Shown: positions 9,211-19,256, counted from the stretch's first letter. The stretch: 64,000 bases of DNA from Candidatus Obscuribacterales bacterium (GCA_965228855.1 CBDDIJ010000003.1:1760001-1824000), one strand, 5' to 3'. Notes: generated by a model from the letters alone, not told the origin. Numbers and translations are program-made.

Positions 9211-10053
9211 CTATGTCACCGACGATTCATGAGCCTTCTCTTCAACCTTCTGCGTATCGCGTTGCATCGCTTTGATTTCTCCCCGCGAACTGCCCATCAT
9301 CTTCAGAATCTTCGAGCGATTTCTCCAGACCAGGAGCGCCGCGATAGGCGTTCCTATCACAACCAGCAAGCCAGCACCAATCACGGCTATGAGAATCGCT
9401 GTGCTGGTGACTCCAACGACTTCCTTTAGACCCTTCATATCGGATTTTAGAGTCTGAAGGTTGCCCCGTACATTGTTGACCGGTCCCGCCATGGCTACAA
9501 CCGGCTCCTTGAGTTTCACAACCGGCTCATAGATGCGATTTAGATTATGCTCGACTTTGCCTAGCGTTTTGTCCACGTTTGTAGTTTGCTGTTGAACACC
9601 GGATATGTCCTGGTGAATCTCACCCATCTGCCCGTGCACGTTCACCATATCCTGCCTGAGACCAACCATCGGCTTCTGCAAGTCTGTAATCGGGGTTTCA
9701 ATGTGCGTAATGCGCTTGCCCAGCCTGCGAACCTCTTTTTGAGTATCCGTAACAGGCTTGAAAATCCACTTAAACGGATTCAAGTCACCGATAGTAAAGC
9801 CTTTCTTCTCTTCGTCCACATCGAGGTTAACGCCATCGACCTCGCTCACCGCGTCACTCTTTACTTCCTTGAGCTGCTCCTTTTGAGCCTTGTCCTGAGC
9901 TTTCTTGGGTGTCTCGCTTTTCTCGACGCGGCTATCCTCGGTTGATTTCGCAGGGGCGCTTGCTGTGTCCGCGGCCAATGCCACCGGACTTATTGACAGC
10001 CACATAGCAGTTGCAAGAGCTACGTTCCTCAAGGATTCCGATTTGCAGTTCAT
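9211..10053 (-). CDS. Exported coiled-coil protein with C-terminal TM anchor (paralog of 18210..19256)
   Basis: Signal peptide ending ALA-A; NPFKWIFKPV; heptads with periodic Pro; TM AILIAVIGAGLLVVIGTPIAALLVW. Confidence 0.8.
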   Translation of the reverse strand: MNCKSESLRNVALATAMWLSISPVALAADTASAPAKSTEDSRVEKSETPKKAQDKAQKEQLKEVKSDAVSEVDGVNLDVDEEKKGFTIGDLNPFKWIFKPVTDTQKEVRRLGKRITHIETPITDLQKPMVGLRQDMVNVHGQMGEIHQDISGVQQQTTNVDKTLGKVEHNLNRIYEPVVKLKEPVVAMAGPVNNVRGNLQTLKSDMKGLKEVVGVTSTAILIAVIGAGLLVVIGTPIAALLVWRNRSKILKMMGSSRGEIKAMQRDTQKVEEKAHESSVT

Positions 10054-10137
10054 ATGTTATCTCCGATTCTCAACCTCTCTCCTAGCAAATTAGCGGAGCG
10101 GCGATGAACGGCACACAACAACGGCTTGGTGAAAACA

Positions 10138-10719
10138 TCACAGAGGTCTTCGGAAATACTCGCCTTTCTCCTCCAGCGATTCAAGCTGTGGAAGGATCTG
10201 GAGCGCCAGATTTGCTATGTTACGGGCGTCATCGATGCCACGGTGGTGAGTTCCCTCCAGATTCAGTCCAGCCAGTTCAAGAGCCTTTTCCATCCCCATG
10301 GGTTTTGTGTTATGGAGACGCGAAAATTCCTTTTTGAGATTGATGTGGTTGTCGAGCCTCGACGGAAACCTTAGATTAAACCGACTGCAATCGCTCTTCA
10401 GTTGACGGAGGTCGTAAGCACCCCAAGAGCAAAAAATGAACGGTTCATCACCTATCCACTGCATAAACTGGGTAAACACAGGTTTGAATGACTCAGCAGC
10501 ATCGACATCCTCTTGCCGAATGGTGGTCAGGGCCGTGCAAAAAGCGCTCAGGATCGGAGAGAAGGTCGGCCTGATAAATCTAGAGAATTCACCGCCTACA
10601 GGACCAGTCGCGGAAAGAAGGCACACTGCGCCAATTTCGATAGTTTCCATCACGTCATCAGGCAGCCGCCGCTCACGGTCCCAACAAGTCGCTTCCAAGT
10701 CTGTGACGATGTATCGCAT
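10138..10719 (-). CDS. DEDDh 3'-5' exonuclease, ERI-1/KapD-like
   Basis: YIVTDLEATCW, ETIEIGAV, SWGAYD, GTHHRGIDDARN; ATG 10719 chosen to fit the domain start. Confidence 0.9.
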   Translation of the reverse strand: MRYIVTDLEATCWDRERRLPDDVMETIEIGAVCLLSATGPVGGEFSRFIRPTFSPILSAFCTALTTIRQEDVDAAESFKPVFTQFMQWIGDEPFIFCSWGAYDLRQLKSDCSRFNLRFPSRLDNHINLKKEFSRLHNTKPMGMEKALELAGLNLEGTHHRGIDDARNIANLALQILPQLESLEEKGEYFRRPL

Positions 10720-10863
10720 AGCATTACGCAAAAACGGGTCTCCGAGTGATGCATCCGCAGCCACCGGGCACGTCGAATTATGGCACAATCACTCGCTCTT
10801 TGTCGCAAAGTCTGAGAGAATGTCGCGATAAGCCAAGTTAAAATCAGCAGAGCACCTGAATCT

Positions 10864-12450
10864 ATGAAACTACTCGGTCGGCGAATACTGATCTCCGTGG
10901 CGATTGCGGCGAGCATTTGTTTGTTCGAACAAGCAGGTAAAGCGTTCGCTCAAAACGTGGACACTTCAAATTGGCAGGATTACGGAGCAGCGGACAACGC
11001 TTTTACTATGCGAGTGCCACGTGGATGGAGCGTGAATCTCGATGAGCCGACGGGCCGAATTGACGTTACCAACGAGAGCGGGGCCGTTTTATCGGTACTA
11101 CCGTTCGCAGTGTCGAACATTACTCTTGAAAAGCTCAACCCGAAACTATTTTTCGAGATGATAATCAAGTCGTTCGCACCGAACGAAACCTGGTCCTCAC
11201 CGCAATCAGTGGGCAAGAACGCATTCCGAGCGACCTACACGAATGCGACCGAAAATGCCTCATCGGCAATTGTGGTGTCACAAAATGGTCCCAGTGTCCT
11301 TGGTCAAATCTGCATCGTCAAGCTACCTGTCGAAGGCAGGACAACAGATGCTAAAGAATTTGCTGCCATTCTGGGAACCTTAAAATATAATGCCTCCGCG
11401 GCTGGTGCTAATCACGGTGGCAGTGGTGGCTCTAGTAGTGGCACAGAGTCCGGTGGCCCATATGGTGGCACGCTGAACAATGGCACCCCTTCAGGCCAAA
11501 GCTGGACAAAATTCACCGATCCCAGCGAGCAGTCTTTCTTTGTCGATGTGCCGGTGGGTTGGAAAGTCGAGGGCGGTTTAACCAGATATGGTGCACTCGA
11601 CGTGCGCCCCTGGGTCAAAGTTGTTTCTCCGGATAGTCTCATCACGGCCTTCATCGGCGACGGCAAAATTTCGCCTTGCACAATGCCGACCGCACAAGGC
11701 ACCGCGCTCGGCTTCGGCATTGGTTCTCGTTATAACGGAACAATTGTGCAACCTTACGTACCAGCTCGTCAATTCGCAGAGCGCTATGCAAAGACGCTGT
11801 TGAAGACCTTCTTGACCGATGTCCAGGTCACGGAAGAACACAATCATCCGGACGTAGCAGCAGCGGTCAATGGCACTGTAGGCACAACCAAGTCTGAAGC
11901 CGCTTCTATAAAACTTACCGGCATGTACGGAAGCACTCCAGCGGTCGCGTACTTCCTGGCGGTAACCAAAGCAACCGTAGCTTACGGAACCGGAATGTGG
12001 TGGGTGACGAAGATAGCAGGAGTCGTAGGTCCAGCAGAACGAGATGCTGAGGGTCTGGCAGTAATTTTACATATGCTGCAGACTTTTGAGGTTAACCCGG
12101 CATGGGAGAGCAATTCCTTGCGAAACACCGCAGCAGTATCGCAACACTACCGCCAGGTTAGCCAACAAGTTTCCCGCTCGATTTCCGAAAGATATTGGAG
12201 CCAGCAAGCCCACAACGACAAAATGAATCAGGCTTATTGGAACCGCCAGGCGACACAAGATCGCGCGGCAAACAATTTCAGCAACTACGTACGTGGAGTT
12301 GAGAATGTTCGTGACGCAAGCACCGGTGAAAACTTCCAGGTTCAATATGGCCCGGCAAGCCACTACATCGATTCCGGAAGCAACTATATAGTCGGTAGCG
12401 ACCAGGGAGCGCCGGCTCCTGACTGGAGAGAACTGATTCGCCTTCCCTAA
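10864..12450 (+). CDS. Secreted hypothetical protein with two PsbP/DcrB-like modules
   Basis: Signal peptide ending AFAQ; two modules opening AFTMRVPRGW and SFFVDVPVGW, separated by a Gly/Ser linker; Gln-rich C-terminal helix. Confidence 0.8.
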   Translation: MKLLGRRILISVAIAASICLFEQAGKAFAQNVDTSNWQDYGAADNAFTMRVPRGWSVNLDEPTGRIDVTNESGAVLSVLPFAVSNITLEKLNPKLFFEMIIKSFAPNETWSSPQSVGKNAFRATYTNATENASSAIVVSQNGPSVLGQICIVKLPVEGRTTDAKEFAAILGTLKYNASAAGANHGGSGGSSSGTESGGPYGGTLNNGTPSGQSWTKFTDPSEQSFFVDVPVGWKVEGGLTRYGALDVRPWVKVVSPDSLITAFIGDGKISPCTMPTAQGTALGFGIGSRYNGTIVQPYVPARQFAERYAKTLLKTFLTDVQVTEEHNHPDVAAAVNGTVGTTKSEAASIKLTGMYGSTPAVAYFLAVTKATVAYGTGMWWVTKIAGVVGPAERDAEGLAVILHMLQTFEVNPAWESNSLRNTAAVSQHYRQVSQQVSRSISERYWSQQAHNDKMNQAYWNRQATQDRAANNFSNYVRGVENVRDASTGENFQVQYGPASHYIDSGSNYIVGSDQGAPAPDWRELIRLP

Positions 12451-12503
12451 AACTGTAAGCATCTCGATAGCGTCGGAATCGACAGGTTGCCGCCTGAGCG
12501 GCG

Positions 12504-13235
12504 TCATCCGCCGGAGCGCTTAGGTTTGTACCCGAGCTTTTGAAGTTCCGCTAAAATTTTTGCTACATGGTCACCCTGAATTTCTATGTCACCATCTTTA
12601 ACAGTGCCACCACTTCCGCAAAGTTGTTTTAACTGCGCTCCAAGCTTCTCCAGTTCGTCATCATCAAGTGGCAGACCAGTCACCACCGAAACCTTCTTGC
12701 CCTTTCGACCTTTCGCATCTAGCGCGACTCTAACTTTGCTGTTTGCTTTTTCTGATTTGGATAATTCAGCTTTCTCTACTTTAGCCGCTGCCACAATCGG
12801 CGCTCGCTTGCCGCCTTTCAGGATCAGTCGAACAATCAAACTGGACACGCTTTGCCTCAAAGCGCCGGCATTCTCAAAACAATTGGTGGTTTTCCAGACC
12901 TCGCTGTTTCCCGAATAACCAGGAAATAGCTTTCGCAAATCAGCCTCACCAACGCCCTGCAGGTGTACGACCAGATCAGCCTTTTTTAAATCTTCGATGT
13001 TCGCCTGTGTCATAGTTCTTGTGACTGCAATCGCATCTGCGATGCCAAACTCGCTCAACACAGCAAGCTCATTCTCGGTCAATTGCTGTTCGCTAAATTC
13101 ACCCGTCGATGTTCTCGACAGCGATGTCCAGAAGACATCATTTTTCAGAGCTTCCGATTCGAAAACTAACTCAGCCAATTTGCTATCGCGGTTAGACTTG
13201 GCAATAAATAAGAGTACTTTCGGCTTATCATTCAT
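12504..13235 (-). CDS. yciH: SUI1/YciH translation factor domain with N-terminal LMW-PTP/ArsC-like domain
   Basis: C-terminal KGRKGKKVSVVTGL, LKQLCGSGGTVKDGDIEIQGDH is canonical YciH. N-terminus follows the LMW-PTP layout but lacks the catalytic Cys. Confidence 0.85.
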   Translation of the reverse strand: MNDKPKVLLFIAKSNRDSKLAELVFESEALKNDVFWTSLSRTSTGEFSEQQLTENELAVLSEFGIADAIAVTRTMTQANIEDLKKADLVVHLQGVGEADLRKLFPGYSGNSEVWKTTNCFENAGALRQSVSSLIVRLILKGGKRAPIVAAAKVEKAELSKSEKANSKVRVALDAKGRKGKKVSVVTGLPLDDDELEKLGAQLKQLCGSGGTVKDGDIEIQGDHVAKILAELQKLGYKPKRSGG

Positions 13236-13332
13236 TTGAGCATTCCAGATCGATTCGGGTATTATTTTTGCACACGACGCGATATTAGTAGCGCCATTTC
13301 AGGACTGAAGCTAAACAAAGGTTAGAAACGGC

Positions 13333-13821
13333 ATGGAACAAATTGACGAGCAAAACTCGAGCGGTGCGGTTTATGCCATCGCGCTGTCACTTCTAACGGT
13401 CGCGTCCTTGACCTTTGGATACTTCGGTATGCAACAGCGAGTTGCAAACGGTTGGCCAAGTACTCAAGCGAAAATCGAGTCGGTAGTAGAAGAGGATGAA
13501 CCTCAACCGACCGAGTCGAATAAGTTTCGGCATCACATTAAGGTCGTTTACGATTACACGGTAAACGGAAACTCATATCGCACTGAAGAAATCGCGGTTC
13601 CGCTTGTTAAGGAGCCGGAAGCCGATGAATACTTGAAAAAGTATGCTCCCGGCTCGACCCACGAAGTGAAATATAATCCGGAGTCGCCTCAACAGTCACA
13701 ACTGGCAGCTGTTTCTAAGAATGCCCGCCACTTTCTGATGATTGCGGTAGGTTTAGCGATTTTAGTTGTGTTCGGAATTGTGTTTCGCAAACGCATCCTC
13801 AAACAGACCGGTCGCTCTTAA
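13333..13821 (+). CDS. DUF3592-like membrane protein
   Basis: TM, WPSTQAKI, VVYDYTVNGNSY, VKYNPESPQQSQL, second TM. Confidence 0.8.
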   Translation: MEQIDEQNSSGAVYAIALSLLTVASLTFGYFGMQQRVANGWPSTQAKIESVVEEDEPQPTESNKFRHHIKVVYDYTVNGNSYRTEEIAVPLVKEPEADEYLKKYAPGSTHEVKYNPESPQQSQLAAVSKNARHFLMIAVGLAILVVFGIVFRKRILKQTGRS

Positions 13822-13950
13822 GTTTCCCGCCAGAGCGACACCACATTCAGTGCGGTTGTTTCAATTGAACGAGCCAGCTCGAGACTCAGACTGATGCTGC
13901 ATGTGGTATCAGGAATTGGAACCACTGAAGCGTGATTCTCCTGCATCACC

Positions 13951-14017
13951 AAAAGCAAATCCCGCAGACAGAATCTGCGGGACAGCCTCTTATGACTGGA
14001 GAATTAGGCTCCAGTCA
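13951..14017 (-). terminator. Twin hairpins downstream of 14035..14463, including a likely terminator
   Basis: TCCCGCAGA/TCTGCGGGA (13960-13982) followed on the minus strand by TTTGCTTTT; TGACTGGAG/CTCCAGTCA (13993-14017). Confidence 0.6.
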
Positions 14018-14034
14018 AATCTGAACAGTACTGA

Positions 14035-14463
14035 TTACTCAGTTTTAGTTTTCTCAGTCTTAACCGAGGTAGACGAGCCATCAGCGCCAACGGTTTGGGC
14101 TGCTTCAGTTTTCTTATGAGTTGAACCTGCCGCATCGACTTCGTGCTTCTCTTCTGTTTTAGCGGAGCTAACGCTTCCATCGAGGTTCTGGCGGACAGCT
14201 TTCTTTTCTTTACTTACGCTAGCACCATTCGGACCAGCTTTAGCTTTGAACGTCGTCGAGTTAGCACCATCCAGGGTGGCATTTTCCTTTTTCACGCTGG
14301 TAGACGAGCCGGTAGCGTCTGTCTTTGTTTTAACGCTGGTCGAGCGTTTCGCCAAAGGTGTAGACGACTCAACGGTGGTCGATTGGATTTCATCAGCGAG
14401 TGCGGCACCAGCATTCAACAGAAATGCAGCAGCGAGCGTCGCACGTGTTAGAAAATTCGACAT
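14035..14463 (-). CDS. Small secreted Ser/Thr/Lys-rich protein
   Basis: AAGGAG RBS; signal peptide ending ALA-D; repeated DGSSTSVK-type segments. Confidence 0.8.
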   Translation of the reverse strand: MSNFLTRATLAAAFLLNAGAALADEIQSTTVESSTPLAKRSTSVKTKTDATGSSTSVKKENATLDGANSTTFKAKAGPNGASVSKEKKAVRQNLDGSVSSAKTEEKHEVDAAGSTHKKTEAAQTVGADGSSTSVKTEKTKTE

Positions 14464-14768
14464 AAATCACTCCTTTAAAGTGTTGGTTTGTTTCGCGGTT
14501 TCCAGCCGCACTTCAAGAGAACAGCTCCTGCAAGTGCCGCAACCGGGTCACAAGGGAGGCTCTTCCGAGCAGCCGGTTGTGTGATGGAATCAAGAAGGTT
14601 TAAGTTCCCACTGAGTCGATTAAACTTTCAACAGTTTCTGGAACGAAATGATGAAAGCCAGACAAAAGGTCCATAAACCGCACGAGTGGACACTATAAAG
14701 GGTTCGGCATTCAATTCTCTTGCGTCTGCTATACACCCCGAGGTACATGAAACATTCGTGGAGGATGT

Positions 14769-15329
14769 ATGAAACATACGAAAATTGGTGCAGGCGTAGC
14801 ACTGTCGACGCTCGCGATCTTATCGGTTTGCTCGCTCAGCGGATTCGCTAGAGACACCACGGTGTCGGGCAAGATGTCGACTTCAGAAACTCAAGACATC
14901 GTCAATACTCTTAGAAGTAGAGGCGCCTTCCACAAGACTCTCGAAGGTATGAGCACAGCTTATGATCTCGATAACGAATTGAAGGGCAAAGGTCCATTCA
15001 CTGTATTCGCAGCTGATGACAAAGCTTGGGCGAAGATAAATCAAGCTGACCAGGACACTTTGTTCAACAACAAGAAGAAGCTTTCTCAAGTTCTCTCATA
15101 CCAAGTATTGAAGGACCAGAAGCTGGATTCGAAGGCATTAGAAGGCATGTCTTCGGTGAAATCAATGGAAGGTCACGATATTAAATTGTCGGTAAAGGCC
15201 GGCAATGAGGATAAAAAAGATGACGGTCTTTACGTTGATAAAGCTCACGTAAAAGAAGCGGACATCCAGTGCTCGAATGGAATTATCCATATCGTAGACC
15301 AGCCTATCATGCCACCTTTGGCTCAATAG
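14769..15329 (+). CDS. Fasciclin (FAS1) domain protein
   Basis: GGAGG RBS; signal peptide; GPFTVFAADDKAW and ADIQCSNGIIHIVDQPIMP. Confidence 0.9.
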   Translation: MKHTKIGAGVALSTLAILSVCSLSGFARDTTVSGKMSTSETQDIVNTLRSRGAFHKTLEGMSTAYDLDNELKGKGPFTVFAADDKAWAKINQADQDTLFNNKKKLSQVLSYQVLKDQKLDSKALEGMSSVKSMEGHDIKLSVKAGNEDKKDDGLYVDKAHVKEADIQCSNGIIHIVDQPIMPPLAQ

Positions 15330-15348
15330 AGTTTGACCACAAACCGCT

Positions 15349-15384
15349 AACGACTCGATGCAGTTCACTGTGTCGAGTCGTTTT
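15349..15384 (+). terminator. Intrinsic terminator between convergent genes
   Basis: AACGACTCGATGCAG/CTGTGTCGAGTCGTT stem plus TTTT. Confidence 0.7.
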
Positions 15385-15401
15385 CATGTAGCCGAACGAG
15401 C

Positions 15402-18080
15402 TTATCCACGCATTTTCAGAACTGCCACTGCACACGGTGCATGCCTGAGGATGTAGTTTATAGTATGCCCGAAAAATAGCGTCTTGCCGAGCTTCGGTTC
15501 TGCGCCAAGAACAATCAGATCAATGTCATGCTGCTGGGCGGTGAGTATGGCGGCCTGTGCCGGGTGTGAACTTGTTTGAACAAGCATTGATTCAAACTCT
15601 ACGTTTAGCGCGGAAGAGAGTTCCTTCAACGTTGTTTCAATCTCTTCGCTCACATTATGTTGGATCTTTTGCCCGCTCTGAGTCGCCTCGCCGTAAAGAT
15701 CAACGGCGTCGGTTTCTGTAACAAATAGACAAGAGACATTCGCGTTTAACGCCTTAGCCAGTTCGATACCAAACTCTGCGGCGCTGATGCTGAGCTCACT
15801 GCCACTGACCGGAACTAGAACCTTTTTAATATCTCGCCGTTTTTCCGGCGCCGGATCATAAGCGACTAGAACACGAACATCAGTGTTCATGATCACTCCA
15901 TCGACCAGCGGACTGAAAACATAATTCGCGTCGCCCGGCGGTTCATCAGCAGCCAGCACGAGCAGGTCGTAACCGCGCTCGGCTTCCTCCGCAATTTCTT
16001 CAATCAAGTTTTTCCCGACAAGAGTTTTCTCAAGAACACCGACGTGTTTTCTGTCTATGTGCTCCGTTACGCTTGCAAACGGTTTTTGCTCCTTCGAACC
16101 CGGCGTTTTAACCCACAGTGCCGTAGTCTCCATTATTTGAGTCTGCCCGAGACTGTTCAACAGTTTGATTAAAAACAGATTGCGCCCTCTTCCGGAAGTC
16201 GGACAAAGCACTCGCCTGATTGAACTGAGAATTGTCCGAGATTTGCGCTCTTCCTTTTTAATTCGCTCGCGCTCTTCGTCGGAAACTTGAACTTTCGCCA
16301 TCATCATTTTCATCAAAGGCGCTGCAATGCCGGTTGAGAACAGAGATATAAAGATGACGACTGCAAACATATCCTGCGAGATGATACCTAGTGAAAAACC
16401 TAACATCGCAAGAATTAAACCAAGAGAGCCTTTCGCATTAGCGCCGACTCCGATTGAAAGCGACTCCCAGGTCCCCAATCCGACGACCTTACCAGCGCCA
16501 TAGCAGGTGACCAGTTTTAAACCCAGCGCAGCTATTGCCAGCGCAATTGTAATTGACCCCAGTCCCGGTTCCAAGAGCGTACTCAGATTTACGTTCAGAC
16601 CGCTGGAGGCAAAAAATATTGGAGCAAAGAATCCCATCGTCACGATCTCCAGTGGACGAACCACTTTATGGTTGATTACCGGAGCCTGGGACAAAATCAG
16701 CCCAGCAGCAAACGCACCGAGCACGATGTGAACACCAAGGGCTTGTGTGACAGCGGCGCTAGCCAGTAGCAGTACAACCATGGAAGTGATCAATCCTTCC
16801 CGACTCGAGACGTGATCGTTGACCCAGCGTAGTCCCGTGAAGAAGATCGAACGACCGAAGTAAACAACGCTAACGAAACAAATGGTGCCGATGATCGCGA
16901 TCACGACCGGATTCGTGCCACCGCCCTCGGTGCCGGAGAGCACGACAATTATCGCGAGTAGAAGACAACAGAGCAGATCATGAGCCAGAGATGTCGCAAT
17001 GATCAGTTGTCCGATGTCCAACTTCAGCATCTTCATGTCCATCAAAACTTTTGCAACGACGGGTACAGAGGAAGCCGCGAAGACGGTTCCGATGAAAACA
17101 GCAAATGCAAGTCGGTTAGGTGGGTTTCCCATCAAGCTCTCCGGAAGTACAAGAGAGATAATTCCACCTGCTATAAGCGGACCTAGCAACCCTAGAAAAC
17201 CAAAGGACATTAGCGGCTTGCCTAGCCTTTTCAGCATAGCAGTGTCGGTTTCCATCCCGGTCAACATAAGAATCAGCGATACGCCAATCCATGAGATAAC
17301 CTCGATAAGTCTGGATTGAGAACCGTCCCGAGGAAACAGGTTTGAAGATAGATCGGGGAAGAATGCACCGAAGAACGTCGGACCAAGAACAAGCCCGGCA
17401 AGTATCTGTCCGATGATAGCTGGCTGTCCGAGTCGAACCATCAACTCGCCGAACACGAGAGATGCGAATAACAACAGCGAGATTTCTATAAATAGTAGGA
17501 GCACTGCGTGCTCGCTCAGACTGGAGTTGTTTTTCTCAGGCTTTGCCTTGGCGGCGGTACCCTCCCTGGTTCCAGCCTTAGTGGCCGCGATTCTATCTTC
17601 TTCATCCTCCTGCTCACGCACTTCAGTTATGCGCGAGATCAAGCGAGCTCGCCACTCTTCAGCGAGCATTGTCGCTGGCTTTTGAGCCTCAGCGGCGTCC
17701 CATTGCGTGACGGCGACAATCACTTTATCGCCCACGCAGATCACCGGTACACCATCCATACCGGTCTTTATCGTGAGGTCCTCAGGTTTCACCGTGCGAT
17801 CGGTAACTACGTCGTTGATAAACTCATTGACCCGCTCACCTCGTTCCAGCGCCGACATGAAGTGGGTATTGGTGACTGAAAATATCTTCTCCTGCCCAAC
17901 ATAAACGTCGCAAAATTCGAGCAAACACCAGGCCGGCAGAGAGCAAAGGAATTGAACAAGAATTAGAATAGCTGATAAAGAAGCGCTCCAAAGAAGACGA
18001 CGAGGGGCTTTCCGATGAACGCATCGCTCGCCTCGATCCCCTAATCCGTCCACCACTGCGCGTTTTCGAGCCAGACTCAT
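15402..18080 (-). CDS. Cation:proton antiporter (CPA2) with N-terminal extracytoplasmic domain and C-terminal USP domain(s)
   Basis: RLGQPAIIGQILAGLVLGP, SSVPVVAKVL, GAFAAGL, FFAPIFFASSGL; KKVLVPVSGSELS and ILRHAPCAVAVLK (USP). Start codon uncertain. Confidence 0.9.
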   Translation of the reverse strand: MSLARKRAVVDGLGDRGERCVHRKAPRRLLWSASLSAILILVQFLCSLPAWCLLEFCDVYVGQEKIFSVTNTHFMSALERGERVNEFINDVVTDRTVKPEDLTIKTGMDGVPVICVGDKVIVAVTQWDAAEAQKPATMLAEEWRARLISRITEVREQEDEEDRIAATKAGTREGTAAKAKPEKNNSSLSEHAVLLLFIEISLLLFASLVFGELMVRLGQPAIIGQILAGLVLGPTFFGAFFPDLSSNLFPRDGSQSRLIEVISWIGVSLILMLTGMETDTAMLKRLGKPLMSFGFLGLLGPLIAGGIISLVLPESLMGNPPNRLAFAVFIGTVFAASSVPVVAKVLMDMKMLKLDIGQLIIATSLAHDLLCCLLLAIIVVLSGTEGGGTNPVVIAIIGTICFVSVVYFGRSIFFTGLRWVNDHVSSREGLITSMVVLLLASAAVTQALGVHIVLGAFAAGLILSQAPVINHKVVRPLEIVTMGFFAPIFFASSGLNVNLSTLLEPGLGSITIALAIAALGLKLVTCYGAGKVVGLGTWESLSIGVGANAKGSLGLILAMLGFSLGIISQDMFAVVIFISLFSTGIAAPLMKMMMAKVQVSDEERERIKKEERKSRTILSSIRRVLCPTSGRGRNLFLIKLLNSLGQTQIMETTALWVKTPGSKEQKPFASVTEHIDRKHVGVLEKTLVGKNLIEEIAEEAERGYDLLVLAADEPPGDANYVFSPLVDGVIMNTDVRVLVAYDPAPEKRRDIKKVLVPVSGSELSISAAEFGIELAKALNANVSCLFVTETDAVDLYGEATQSGQKIQHNVSEEIETTLKELSSALNVEFESMLVQTSSHPAQAAILTAQQHDIDLIVLGAEPKLGKTLFFGHTINYILRHAPCAVAVLKMRG

Positions 18081-18209
18081 TAATACTGTTTCCCTTCGGA
18101 GGCAAACTCCAGACCGTTACACTGATTATATACTTCTACAAAATATGGACTTTGCCCCCTAAAATCGCTGAACTCGGCGTCAGGTCCTAAGCACACTATC
18201 GAGGTCCAG

Positions 18210-19256
18210 ATGAATATTGTTCGCGCTCTGAGTTTTTTCAGTCTGACTCTGCTGATAACTACATCGTCGGTGACGGCACAGACCGTCGACGCCGGCAAGG
18301 AGAAAACGGTTGGCTCTTCGACACAAGCGCAGCCGGCAAAACAAATCAAGGGAAAGGTTGCAACGATTCGATTCACCTCAGATGGAAAACCGACACCAGA
18401 ACAGTTGAAGGAGTGGAACAAACCCATATCAGGATTTCACCCTATTCGAAAGATGATTCGCCCGGTCTGGAAACTGCGCCAGGAGGCGCAAGAATTACAG
18501 GACGAATTGATAGAACTGAAGAAGCCTATGCAAGGCTTACAGCCCGCCTTTTCCAGCATGGAAAGCCGAATGGGCGGCGTAGAATCTCGCATTGATTCTA
18601 TGTCTGTTCAACTTTCCGGTCTTAGCAACAATCTTACTAAACTGTCTTCAGATCTAAACCGAATCAGCGACATCTCGCCTGCAGTAAATAACGTCCACGG
18701 TGATCTCAAAGAAATCGTCAAGCTTCGACAGGACATTCAGGAAGTTTCAAAAGTGACTGCTGAGGTTCGCTCCATCGGCAAGCAAATGAAACAAATTCAA
18801 ACGCCGATCGAAAATCTGCAGAAGCCTATTCGCGAAGTCACAAAACCGCTCAACAACGTTCAATCCCAAGTCACCGCGGTTGGCGAGAAGCTCGACAACG
18901 TAGAATCGCAGGTGGTGGCAATGCAAGGTCGCCTCGACAATCTGGGCAAGCAGATTGAAGACTTACACGCACCGATCAAAAGCGTGTCGGATCCTTTGAA
19001 CTCGGTAAGGATAGAGCTGACCGAATTGAATAACCTATTAGTAGCAGTGGTCGTAGTGACAATCATGTCCGTTATCGCAGCAGCTGTTGGTATCACCGTC
19101 GCGCTCGCTTTAGCCTATCGGTTCAGACATGCCGCTATAGACTTTTTGAGCCGCATTGGTACCGCCCAGCGCACGCGTGGGGTCGACATTATAGACCAGT
19201 TTCAGTCGGAAGAACGCTCAGCAAATCAAGACAATAAAGTATCGAGTCGTAGATAA
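18210..19256 (+). CDS. Exported coiled-coil protein with C-terminal TM anchor (paralog of 9211..10053)
   Basis: GAGG RBS; signal peptide; FHPIRKMIRPV; LKKPM/LQKPI heptads; TM LLVAVVVVTIMSVIAAAVGITVALALAY. Confidence 0.8.
   Translation: MNIVRALSFFSLTLLITTSSVTAQTVDAGKEKTVGSSTQAQPAKQIKGKVATIRFTSDGKPTPEQLKEWNKPISGFHPIRKMIRPVWKLRQEAQELQDELIELKKPMQGLQPAFSSMESRMGGVESRIDSMSVQLSGLSNNLTKLSSDLNRISDISPAVNNVHGDLKEIVKLRQDIQEVSKVTAEVRSIGKQMKQIQTPIENLQKPIREVTKPLNNVQSQVTAVGEKLDNVESQVVAMQGRLDNLGKQIEDLHAPIKSVSDPLNSVRIELTELNNLLVAVVVVTIMSVIAAAVGITVALALAYRFRHAAIDFLSRIGTAQRTRGVDIIDQFQSEERSANQDNKVSSRR

Noticed and set aside
18080..18427. 115-aa minus-strand ORF abutting the antiporter start
   Set aside because: Overlaps the better-supported plus-strand gene from 18210 and has no recognisable features.
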